This document shows positions 46,367 through 55,095 of a stretch of DNA of 64,000 nt, in pieces (position 1 is the first letter of the stretch; the number at the start of each line of letters is the position of its first letter). Made by a program: the position numbers and the translations under genes. The notes beneath the pieces were generated by a model, which had not been told where the DNA came from, made no database searches, and saw only the letters and a list, made by a program, of their open reading frames with translations. The stretch spans positions 62,001-126,000 of IMG/VR virus record IMGVR_UViG_3300044821_000131; one strand, given 5' to 3'.

Positions 46367-46807
46367 TTGATGATGAAAGTGGCCCAGATACTCCGTCTCA
46401 GCAAGTGTGCCCATGAACTCACACCAATCAACGTGGTGCGAAAATTTCCGATGCGCGCCGTGGCACTTTTGGGTGGTACTGCTTTGGCCGCTCCCTTACT
46501 GCCTTGGAATACCGCAGGTGCCATAAAAGATCGAATGCAAGGTACAGAACATGAAGATCAGCTATCCCAGTCCATTGCCACTGATACTGGTCGCGGCATT
46601 GGTACGGCATTAGGTGCAGGAGCTGTTCGTGGACTTGGTGACACGTGGCATTTGCCGAAGACGAGTCCGTTATTCAACTTGGCTCTGGTGTTAGGAGGTG
46701 CTGGGGTTGGTGGTTTTCTGGGGCACCGGCAGGGTAAAATGATCGGACAAGACTTGTTTCCGGGATCGTTGTCCGATAGAATTCATCGCGCAGCCAATCG
46801 TTTTTAA
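46367..46807 (+). CDS. K-x-A-type Gly-rich hydrophobic protein
   Basis: MKVA, LSKCA; LGGAGVGGFLG. Confidence 0.65.
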   Translation: MMMKVAQILRLSKCAHELTPINVVRKFPMRAVALLGGTALAAPLLPWNTAGAIKDRMQGTEHEDQLSQSIATDTGRGIGTALGAGAVRGLGDTWHLPKTSPLFNLALVLGGAGVGGFLGHRQGKMIGQDLFPGSLSDRIHRAANRF

Positions 46808-46811
46808 ATTT

Positions 46812-47456
46812 ATGCCATTCGACACTCAAGTCTTCAAAGAACTGATGACCTCGTTATCAGAACTCCGCGCCGATCTGAAAAAACAAGCGTTCGTCCCGAT
46901 GCCTGGGGATATGCCGCCGGGTGGTGGTCAAGGCGGCCCTCCGCAGGGCGGACCTGGCGGACCTCCTCCGGGAATGGATCCTTCACAGATGCAGGGTGGT
47001 GGCGGGCCTCCTCCGGGAATGGACCCGTCGCAGATGCAGGGTGGTGGTGATCCTTCTCAAGGTGGTGGCGGACCTCCGGGAATGCCGCCTGGCGCCGCGC
47101 CTGGTGGTTCTGGTGACCCGGCTGGAGGTTCTGATCCCTATGGTCCTGTATTCGAATCCATTCTGCAGGGCATGCAGCAGTTGATGGAAACTGTGCAACA
47201 GATGGGTCAGGAGTTTGATCAGCGCCTGGCAAAATCTGAGCAGGAGTTGCAACAGATGACGCAGGTACAGCAGCAGACTGATGATCAGATGAAGCAGATT
47301 CAGCCATTGGTGCAGCAGATGCTGCAGCCGGCACCGATGGACGGTTCAATTCAGGGTCAAGCTCCGCAAGGGGCCGGCGCGGATCAAGGTATGCTGCCGG
47401 ATCAGAGCGGTGGACCTCCGATGTCGGCGCCGGGTGAAATGGGAATGATGCAATGA
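46812..47456 (+). CDS. G/P/Q/M-rich low-complexity protein with coiled coil
   Basis: KKQAFVP, repeated GGPPPGMDPSQMQGGG, Q-rich helix. Confidence 0.8.
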   Translation: MPFDTQVFKELMTSLSELRADLKKQAFVPMPGDMPPGGGQGGPPQGGPGGPPPGMDPSQMQGGGGPPPGMDPSQMQGGGDPSQGGGGPPGMPPGAAPGGSGDPAGGSDPYGPVFESILQGMQQLMETVQQMGQEFDQRLAKSEQELQQMTQVQQQTDDQMKQIQPLVQQMLQPAPMDGSIQGQAPQGAGADQGMLPDQSGGPPMSAPGEMGMMQ

Positions 47457-47740
47457 ACAACGCCGATAAACTTTTCGTCGCCGCGGCCATCTTGATCAAA
47501 GACGCGGCAACGGCGCCGTCCAACATGGGCGGCACGGGAACGATGCCGATGGCTTCGATGATGCAACAGATGTCGTCCTCCGTGGCCAAGAGCCCGCTGG
47601 AGGCTACGTCCATGAACCCGATGGGTGCGTCAGGCGGCATGCTGGCGCAATGGGGCAGCAAGATGAATATGCCACTGGCATCGCTGTTGAATAATTGGAA
47701 GATGCAGATGGCTTCGAACAAGGGTCGAGCTCTGTTCTAA
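47453..47740 (+). CDS. small Met-rich K-x-A-type protein
   Basis: ILIKDAA. Confidence 0.6.
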   Translation: MNNADKLFVAAAILIKDAATAPSNMGGTGTMPMASMMQQMSSSVAKSPLEATSMNPMGASGGMLAQWGSKMNMPLASLLNNWKMQMASNKGRALF

Positions 47741-47961
47741 TGATTCAATTGCGCAAAACGGACGGTTCGGTGATGCCGGTACCTAAAGAGGGCGTGTTTG
47801 TGGAACTGGTGTCAGACGATGGTACGATCGGTATGGTGTTCTTTCAGACGCCGGGAATGATAGTACAGATCAACCCGGGGTCGATAGATGCTGCACGGTA
47901 CGAGGATATGTTTCGTCCGTGTGGAGTGAAGTTCAATAAAATACTGGTGCAGAGAAAATGA
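47740..47961 (+). CDS. small hypothetical protein
   Basis: TAATG coupling. Confidence 0.6.
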   Translation: MIQLRKTDGSVMPVPKEGVFVELVSDDGTIGMVFFQTPGMIVQINPGSIDAARYEDMFRPCGVKFNKILVQRK

Positions 47962-48470
47962 GCTCGATACAACGTAAATATTCGAAAGCCAAAGCCGCTG
48001 GTGGACACGTAGTCTGGACTGGCGATCAGGTCATACCTGTGCCCTACACCATGACGGGTAGCGTAGTGAACGACGCTTTCGGTTTCTTGCGTATTCAAGG
48101 TAACCCGGTAATCTGCACCGGAATACACGCTCATTTTCAAGTGCCGTCGGGCGACGCCAATTTACAAATGTCCGTACAACTGGCCGATGCTAATAATGAT
48201 TTGGTGCCTGGCACGCAATTGTTTCTCAACGGCGTGGTGCTGGGCGGAGATCTGAAATTCAGTCCGGCCGTGAAGATGCCATCGGGATCTCTTTGGAAAT
48301 TGAATGTTAACATCATCGAAGGTGATTCCAACTTTTATCCCGAGGGCTTGACCGTCACGTACCATTTGCGATACTCGAACGGTCCAGTTCGTACTAATTT
48401 CTGGGCCTCCGGTGAACCAGCGATTGGTATTGGCTTTTATGATGTCAACGGAACGTTTGTGGTACAGTAA
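47958..48470 (+). CDS. beta-rich structural-type protein
   Basis: ATGA overlap; ends IGIGFYDVNGTFVVQ; precedes fibre genes. Confidence 0.65.
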   Translation: MSSIQRKYSKAKAAGGHVVWTGDQVIPVPYTMTGSVVNDAFGFLRIQGNPVICTGIHAHFQVPSGDANLQMSVQLADANNDLVPGTQLFLNGVVLGGDLKFSPAVKMPSGSLWKLNVNIIEGDSNFYPEGLTVTYHLRYSNGPVRTNFWASGEPAIGIGFYDVNGTFVVQ

Positions 48471-48472
48471 TT

Positions 48473-49606
48473 ATGAGCGTCACAACTATATCGGATATCA
48501 AGAATCGTTTCGCCTCGATGGACATGCCGTCGGCGAAAGACTTTTCGGACATGATCGATACGGTCTTGGCTAACGCTATTTCTTTTGCCAAGACCGAAGT
48601 TGTGACGCCCGCCTATGTCACCGGCTGGACTTCGGTGCCGACCGCCTTCACTGTGGTTGTGACTACAATCAGCCCAATGGTCATAGCCAACTCGGTAGCC
48701 GCAATTCCCAATTCTTACACGGTGTCATTGCGTAATGTGAGCGCGGATGGTTCCTATAACGTAAATGACGAGGTTCCGATCAGTGAGTTCACCACGTCCT
48801 CATTCGAGCCGGCGTTTACGGTTAAGGTGTCCACTGCAAATTTCACGATTACGGCTAATGCGGCTTCGAACGCAATACAGGTTGGAAGTTATGTGATCAC
48901 GCTGTCCAAGTGGCAGGCTGTGGTACGTTCGATCATTCCCACCACTTCGGGTATCCCGGTGCTGGCTCAACCGGTGGCGCCCAATGCAACCTATGCCGGA
49001 AGCATCTGGATCAAGACTGATGCAACATCCGGCGCTCCGCTGCGCGCATATAACTATTATTCTGGTGATGGATACTGGCATGCGCGTCATCCTATTCCGC
49101 CGGGCACGACTGTGGCTGTGCTGGACACGTCTTGGACTGTGCCGAGTTTGGCCACATACGATGGTGGCGGATCGCCGGGCATGGGTGCCATGTGGCAGCT
49201 GGCTTCGTCGCTGACCAACCGCTTTATATTCGGTGCCGACCCGTCGACTTACATTATTGGATCTTCAGGTGGTGAGATCACGCATCTGTTGACATCGGCA
49301 GAGGCTGGTGTTGATCCGCTGCACCGGCATGGCCTCGGCCAAGGCTCGTCGAATTTCCACCAGATGGCTTTTGAACTCGGTGGCACATTGTCACCCGGTA
49401 TGCCAGGTGAAGCTGTTGGGGGATCCGGTGATGTTGGCCCGGCCGCCTTGTCCAGTGTCAGCACATTCGGGCCTTACACGTTCCAGACCGACGTTCCTGG
49501 AAGTCCTCAAACTGTTGCACCACACAATAACATGCCGCCTTATGTGGCCGCATATTTTATTCAACGCACGTCTCGATTGGATTATGTGGAAGCACCTGGT
49601 CCTTAA
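48473..49606 (+). CDS. tail fibre/baseplate-associated protein
   Basis: N-terminal DMPSAKDFSDMIDT; collar-like GGEITHLLTSAE...HNNMPPYVAAYFIQR. Confidence 0.75.
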   Translation: MSVTTISDIKNRFASMDMPSAKDFSDMIDTVLANAISFAKTEVVTPAYVTGWTSVPTAFTVVVTTISPMVIANSVAAIPNSYTVSLRNVSADGSYNVNDEVPISEFTTSSFEPAFTVKVSTANFTITANAASNAIQVGSYVITLSKWQAVVRSIIPTTSGIPVLAQPVAPNATYAGSIWIKTDATSGAPLRAYNYYSGDGYWHARHPIPPGTTVAVLDTSWTVPSLATYDGGGSPGMGAMWQLASSLTNRFIFGADPSTYIIGSSGGEITHLLTSAEAGVDPLHRHGLGQGSSNFHQMAFELGGTLSPGMPGEAVGGSGDVGPAALSSVSTFGPYTFQTDVPGSPQTVAPHNNMPPYVAAYFIQRTSRLDYVEAPGP

Positions 49607-49611
49607 ATTTT

Positions 49612-52110
49612 ATGGCAATCGTACCTGTCAATGATTTGAAGCAGCGGTTTCTCACAGGAGATTATCCGTCGGCTAAGGACTTCGCGGATCTGATCGACAC
49701 CATTGTGGCGATCAAAAATACTGCCATTGTGAATGGATCTTTGGGTTTATCCGCGTTCGCGCCGCAAGCTCACAATGAAGTGTTGCAAACTGACAGTTCT
49801 GGAAATGTGATCGTGTCAGCCATGAATTATCCAGTGGTGACCGGTGATGGAAGTCTGACCGGAACTTATCCGAGTATATCGGTTGTCAGTGATGGATCAG
49901 GAATCACGTCTGGCATTCAGTCTCAACATATACGGAATCAGGCGGTGAGTCTTCGACATTACAATCAGGCCGAAGCTGCCGGAGCTCCGATTGGAGCCAG
50001 CCTCACTTGGACCGGCGCCGGCTTCAACTGGCTCAGCGCGGTGTCATCGTCTGCATTGCAACGCGTCGCGGCATCGGGTGGCGTGCGTAAATTCAAATCT
50101 GCATTAATACCATTGCCCACGGTGCCGGCTACTTATACTTCTGGAGGATTTTCACAAGTCGTGGCCCATGGTTTAGGTTTCTCTCCGGACACTTGGCGCG
50201 CGGCGTTGATCTGCATCAATCCCGGAGGTTCGGCGGGATACGCTCAAAACAAAGAGCTGCCACTGAACTTGTTCGTAGGCACCGCCAACGCACCGGTCTT
50301 CTTCACGGATGTCGACAGTACGAATATCACTTGCGTGGCGAATTTCGTTTCGGTCGGTGCCGGTGCCGACTACAACATGTCCGTGTATGATGGCACCGTG
50401 CCGGGACAACTGGATACATTGTCGATGACCGGTGGTGATTTCGCCAGATGGTATCTGGTTCTCTACGCGGAGACCTATATCAATGGCGATGGCTTTGGTG
50501 CTGTGACTGGTTGGACATCGGCGTTGACGGCCTTCGATCATGTTATTACTCCCCTGAGTATCACCAATGTCCAAGGTGTGGTTCCAAACGTTTACAGTGT
50601 GGTGCTGCGCAATGTGACAACGGACGGTACTTATAGCCCAGGGGACGAGGTTCCGATCTCCGAGTTTACCACGGCAGCGTATGAGCCAGCCTTCACCGTT
50701 AAGGCTACGTCCGCGGCCTTTACGGTCACGGCCAACACGGCGTATACCACAATTCAGGTGGGGAGCTATGTAATAACGTTGGATAATTGGCAAGCGGTGG
50801 TGCGTGCCATGTACGCAACGGGCAATGCCACGTCGATTCAATCGCCTACCGCCATTCAATTGCATGGAGTCCGTAATGCGGTACCTTATAACGGAAGCAT
50901 CTATGCTTCGCATGTTCTGGGTACGAATCAGGCTGATGCCAGTCTGGGCAATTATGGGGACTCCCCGACGGTAGTGTCGTCGGTGCTTTCCAGCATTAAT
51001 GTTCAGAACGGCAACATGATCATTGGCGCCGGCATCGTGAGTGGAAATCCTTTTCCATCTTCTGATCTTGCAGTCGGCGCCGGGAAAGGCTGTTACAACA
51101 CATTCGGCCGCGCGCAGATGAACGCGGTACGCTGGCCTACATTGGGTGTTAATGCGATCATGTGGATGCGCGGAAACGATACATTCTTCACCGACGACGC
51201 CAGTCTGACTTCCGCGGGTCCCGTCGAGACGGTTGGCATACCTTATGGCGCAGACATTGTGACAGCATACTTTCCCGACACGGCACCTCCGTCTTTTCAG
51301 ACGTATGGCGCGGTACAAGTCAGTGCTAACAATCCGGTGGTGTACAATGTTTGGGGCTACAATGTTTCTAAGACCAGTCCGCTCACATTCTATCCGTATC
51401 CACAACATTCGGCCATCGTGCAGGTTGATGACAGCGGATCCGCACCAGGTGGAACATCTCATCCGGATCTGTATGTGGTTGGATCCCAGTTTTATCCGCT
51501 TCCGATCATCGGCCTATGTGCCAAGATGGATAACTGTCGTTTCGGTAAGTATTCGTACATATCGAGTGTCTACACGTTTGTCGGTCCGGCCGCGGGATCT
51601 GGATCCGGAGGCTCCCCTACCAGCAGCGTGAACAGTCCGGTTGGAGCGATCAATTGGTTCAATGCCAACATCGTCAACATCACGGCGCGCAACGCCGATA
51701 TCTTTGCGTCCAACCTGGCCTATAACCCGATTTATTATGTGATGGTCCGCTACAATCCGGTGAAGAATCTGTTCTATGTGATCGATGCGTTGACCGGTCT
51801 GCTCCACATTTACAGCTTGGTCATCGCCGGGCATACTGGTGCCGCGACATTGCCCTACTGGCTGGGTAGTGGATCGACGGCGCTGGATTACACCAAATTG
51901 ACGTACACCGGATCCTACGTGCTTCCGATCGGTCCGTCGCGCTATGATACCCTGTTGTTTGAGGACAAGGGAACGCTCAACTGGGAGCCTTCAATGCGGG
52001 ATTCGTGGACGGTGGAATTTGATCTGGTGTCAGGCGCGGAGATATCGATCTGTGTGGCACGCGGCGGCAGTAATGAGATCACCCGGATTCCGTGGATATA
52101 TCCAATCTAA
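49612..52110 (+). CDS. long tail fibre-like protein
   Basis: N-terminal TGDYPSAKDFADLIDT; ~100-aa module shared with 48473. Confidence 0.75.
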   Translation: MAIVPVNDLKQRFLTGDYPSAKDFADLIDTIVAIKNTAIVNGSLGLSAFAPQAHNEVLQTDSSGNVIVSAMNYPVVTGDGSLTGTYPSISVVSDGSGITSGIQSQHIRNQAVSLRHYNQAEAAGAPIGASLTWTGAGFNWLSAVSSSALQRVAASGGVRKFKSALIPLPTVPATYTSGGFSQVVAHGLGFSPDTWRAALICINPGGSAGYAQNKELPLNLFVGTANAPVFFTDVDSTNITCVANFVSVGAGADYNMSVYDGTVPGQLDTLSMTGGDFARWYLVLYAETYINGDGFGAVTGWTSALTAFDHVITPLSITNVQGVVPNVYSVVLRNVTTDGTYSPGDEVPISEFTTAAYEPAFTVKATSAAFTVTANTAYTTIQVGSYVITLDNWQAVVRAMYATGNATSIQSPTAIQLHGVRNAVPYNGSIYASHVLGTNQADASLGNYGDSPTVVSSVLSSINVQNGNMIIGAGIVSGNPFPSSDLAVGAGKGCYNTFGRAQMNAVRWPTLGVNAIMWMRGNDTFFTDDASLTSAGPVETVGIPYGADIVTAYFPDTAPPSFQTYGAVQVSANNPVVYNVWGYNVSKTSPLTFYPYPQHSAIVQVDDSGSAPGGTSHPDLYVVGSQFYPLPIIGLCAKMDNCRFGKYSYISSVYTFVGPAAGSGSGGSPTSSVNSPVGAINWFNANIVNITARNADIFASNLAYNPIYYVMVRYNPVKNLFYVIDALTGLLHIYSLVIAGHTGAATLPYWLGSGSTALDYTKLTYTGSYVLPIGPSRYDTLLFEDKGTLNWEPSMRDSWTVEFDLVSGAEISICVARGGSNEITRIPWIYPI

Positions 52111-52113
52111 TTT

Positions 52114-52848
52114 ATGGCCAAGCAAACGTTCAAGCTCGACTACAATGATCTGATCGAAGAAGATCTGTTCACACAGTCCAATAGCGACAATCTGATCAAT
52201 GGTGTAACCGACACTGGCACAGCACAGTTCGGTGTCAGCGTTGGCGGCACTGGCAATGCCAATTTCGTACCTGGTCAAACCATCGTATATGACGGCCTAC
52301 ATCTCGTGTCGTCAGGATCGCCGCCTATACCAGCAAATCCCGGGGCCTTGATCAACGATGACCGGTACTATACCAAAACGGAGATCGACACTTTCTTTGC
52401 CAGTCTCGGCACGGTCGGAGGTTATGCCGTGGCGTACGCCAATATCACTGGGGCACCGGTGCCGGGCGTGCGGATGCAGTTTTTGTCGGCGCCGGTTCAA
52501 ATTGTATCGGTAAGTGCGGTAATGGGTTCTCCAGTAGCCTTCTCGATGGCCTCTTATGCGCCGGCCGGCACGAAGATCGTGGCGGCGATTATTACAGTCA
52601 CCTGTAAACTAGGTGGCCCGGACGGAACGCTCAATCCCGCGAAGTTCATGGTACAGCAGAATTTGACGTCTCCGCAGATCGACGCGGGTTGGTTCGCGGC
52701 ATCTGGTGGTGGCGATGGTGTGGCGGGCTGCACTGGTAGTTTGGTGCCAGTAGATCCGACAGCACAGTCTTTCTTTTATCAATTGATCTCCAATTTCGTG
52801 ACACCTGGTCCAGTGGTAGCCAATCTGATCGGCTATTTCTTCCAATAG
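52114..52848 (+). CDS. tail-fibre-associated protein
   Basis: DDRYYTKTEID motif; beta-rich C-terminus. Confidence 0.7.
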   Translation: MAKQTFKLDYNDLIEEDLFTQSNSDNLINGVTDTGTAQFGVSVGGTGNANFVPGQTIVYDGLHLVSSGSPPIPANPGALINDDRYYTKTEIDTFFASLGTVGGYAVAYANITGAPVPGVRMQFLSAPVQIVSVSAVMGSPVAFSMASYAPAGTKIVAAIITVTCKLGGPDGTLNPAKFMVQQNLTSPQIDAGWFAASGGGDGVAGCTGSLVPVDPTAQSFFYQLISNFVTPGPVVANLIGYFFQ

Positions 52849-52851
52849 CAT

Positions 52852-52879
52852 TTGACAGATTCCTCCGCACGCGTATAGT
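52852..52879 (+). promoter_or_regulatory. sigma70-like promoter
   Basis: TTGACA-16-TATAGT. Confidence 0.6.
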
Positions 52880-52938
52880 AGCAACAGCATCAGCAATCAC
52901 GCTGATGCTAACAAAGTCCGTATAACGGCAAGCCTACT

Positions 52939-53799
52939 ATGAAAATATTAAATGATTCGTTCGAGCTACGCATTCTCGTGAATGGAAACAAACTCCGTGA
53001 ATATGGTGTTGACAATAAAACTTACGTGGAAGGTCGTCCCGCCATCACTTATACGATTGAATTCAAAAACAATGGTCCCAGGCGTGTACTCTTCGTGCCG
53101 GCGGTGGACGGGTTGAGTGTTCTGGATGGCAACCCTGCAACCCACGAATCCAACGGTTACATCTGCGACGGTTACGCCGCCATCCAGATTCCCGGGTGGC
53201 GCACCAGTCACACGCACTGTCAGGACTTCAAGTTCACTGAGCCTCAAGCCAGCTACGCCGGCAAGACTCAATCCGTTGCTAATTGCGGCGTGATCGGTGG
53301 GCTTGTTTTTAACGAAAAGATCAAACCGGCTCAGAATGCCTCAGTGTTCAGCCACACGACACCTGTTGTGGTGATACAGCCGGCATATCCGAATTATCAG
53401 CCTTGGCATCCTTGGTGGTGGAATCAACCTATGTGTGTTGGAGCAAGTCCAGCTTGGCCCTATCAAATGTCCTCCAGTTGTAGTGCTTCAGTGTCCTCTA
53501 CTCCGGACGCTGCTGTTTGCCAATTTCAGGCTTCCGATCCTTGTGGACCAGTTACTTCGGCCTGCAACAACTTTACTGAAGTAACGGAGTACAATCTAGG
53601 TACTGGTGCTGGGCACGCCCGTGAGAGTCACGTAGATTTAGTTCAATTCGAAAAGGGCGATCTGTGTGCCACGTTTGATATATTCTACACGGATCGGGCA
53701 GGTCTCGAAAAGGCCGGCGTTAAGTTAGACAAGGCTCCGTTAGCGGTAGGCGTGCGTCATCCTCAGTCTTTCAGTGGATTTTGTCAGATTCCGAAGTAA
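52939..53799 (+). CDS. large-phage hypothetical protein
   Basis: ILVNG..LREY...Y.I...N....V..AVDGLSVLDG..GYI...IPGWR...GVIG. Confidence 0.75.
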   Translation: MKILNDSFELRILVNGNKLREYGVDNKTYVEGRPAITYTIEFKNNGPRRVLFVPAVDGLSVLDGNPATHESNGYICDGYAAIQIPGWRTSHTHCQDFKFTEPQASYAGKTQSVANCGVIGGLVFNEKIKPAQNASVFSHTTPVVVIQPAYPNYQPWHPWWWNQPMCVGASPAWPYQMSSSCSASVSSTPDAAVCQFQASDPCGPVTSACNNFTEVTEYNLGTGAGHARESHVDLVQFEKGDLCATFDIFYTDRAGLEKAGVKLDKAPLAVGVRHPQSFSGFCQIPK

Positions 53800-53804
53800 A
53801 TGAG

Positions 53805-53834
53805 AACCGGCGCAGATTCTTGTCTGCGCCGGTT
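53805..53834. terminator. perfect 12-bp inverted repeat overlapping the next -35 element
   Basis: AACCGGCGCAGA-6-TCTGCGCCGGTT. Confidence 0.6.
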
Positions 53835-53860
53835 GACAAACCACTGGTTCGTATTATATT
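53833..53860 (+). promoter_or_regulatory. sigma70-like promoter
   Basis: TTGACA-16-TATATT, 7 nt before ATG 53868. Confidence 0.55.
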
Positions 53861-53867
53861 CAAACAC

Positions 53868-54581
53868 ATGAAAAATCACAAACTGTATGCCTTCACCGGG
53901 CTCATGTTCAGCGGAAAAGATTATGTCGCAGAACAGGCCAAGTTAAAACCCCTAAGTGTAGCCAAGCCGATCTACGAGCTTGTTGAATACTTTACGGGCT
54001 ACACGCGTAAGAACCCCGAAGTACCAGGCATTCGCCGGTTGTGGCAGCAGATTGGTCAATGGGGCTGGGGTGACATCAGCGACAAAACACCGCTTACGAT
54101 TGAACGGGTGCTCATGACCAGCCAGATTCGGATGATGGGCGGGCATATGACCAAGAGTTTCAAGTGGGTGGACTGGGAACGTTATGGTCAGCGTAAGGAT
54201 TTTTGGATCAACATTTGTCTGTCCGCACTACGTCAGGAGTTATTGGATATCGATAATAATCAGTCCGTGTTCGACACCAACTCTCCGGGTGGACGCTACG
54301 CAATCACCAACGCCAGGTTCCATCATGAAGTCACGCCTCTCAAAGAGTTCGGGTTCCAGACGTATCACGTCCTCTGTAGTGAGGCAACCCGGCAGGAGCG
54401 TATGGCGTTGAAAGGTTACAAACAATCGGCGTTGGAAGCTAACGACATATCAGAACAGATGGCAAAGGATCTGATGTCAACGGTTAATGATGATCATGTG
54501 ATATGGTCTGATCATCGGGACATGCCAGAAGGTCATCTTTATTGGACGGTTGCTGAATTTTGCAACATGACGAACAAATAA
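53868..54581 (+). CDS. deoxynucleoside monophosphate kinase
   Basis: P-loop FTGLMFSGKD, RRLWQQIG, ITNARFHHE; start placed at ATG 53868. Confidence 0.75.
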   Translation: MKNHKLYAFTGLMFSGKDYVAEQAKLKPLSVAKPIYELVEYFTGYTRKNPEVPGIRRLWQQIGQWGWGDISDKTPLTIERVLMTSQIRMMGGHMTKSFKWVDWERYGQRKDFWINICLSALRQELLDIDNNQSVFDTNSPGGRYAITNARFHHEVTPLKEFGFQTYHVLCSEATRQERMALKGYKQSALEANDISEQMAKDLMSTVNDDHVIWSDHRDMPEGHLYWTVAEFCNMTNK

Positions 54582-54596
54582 ATCCGACGGAAGAGT

Positions 54597-54634
54597 AACG
54601 CCTGCAAGTCAATCTTTACTTGCAGGCGTTTTTT
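54597..54634 (+). terminator. intrinsic terminator
   Basis: AACGCCTGCAAGT/ACTTGCAGGCGTT 13-bp stem followed by a T tract. Confidence 0.85.
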
Positions 54635-54653
54635 ATATACCGTTCGTCTCGGA

Positions 54654-55094
54654 ATGCTAAACCGATCTCCAGCAGCAATATTGGCCAGATCAAAAACCCA
54701 CGCCAACCCAGGACTGTACTCCCGGGCTCGTGCGCGGGTCATCCGATACGTCGGGGATTCCAACGAAGATAAAGATGAGTATTCACGTATTGGCACTCCA
54801 GAGAAAATCACCCCGAGGCCCATCCCGTATACACCGGCACCATTGCCGGTTACAGGTGTCGATTATGGACTTATCACACAACCCGTAGGCATCACAATCG
54901 ATTACGATTTCAATCCCGATGCCTTCGCTGCGATTCACACACTCAACGATGATTATCTTACCATTGATGTGACACCCGAAGAGTATGATGACTATGGCTA
55001 CGTCGCGTCGCCGGTAGGCATATCTGAGGACTTCGGTCTGATAAGTGAACCGCTGGTGCCGATCGTAGATTTTGGCCCCTTGGTAGTATCCTGA
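54654..55094 (+). CDS. protein with basic N-terminus and acidic D(Y/F)G repeats
   Basis: DYGLITQP, DYGYVASP, DFGLISEP, DFGPLV. Confidence 0.65.
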   Translation: MLNRSPAAILARSKTHANPGLYSRARARVIRYVGDSNEDKDEYSRIGTPEKITPRPIPYTPAPLPVTGVDYGLITQPVGITIDYDFNPDAFAAIHTLNDDYLTIDVTPEEYDDYGYVASPVGISEDFGLISEPLVPIVDFGPLVVS

Positions 55095-55095
55095 T

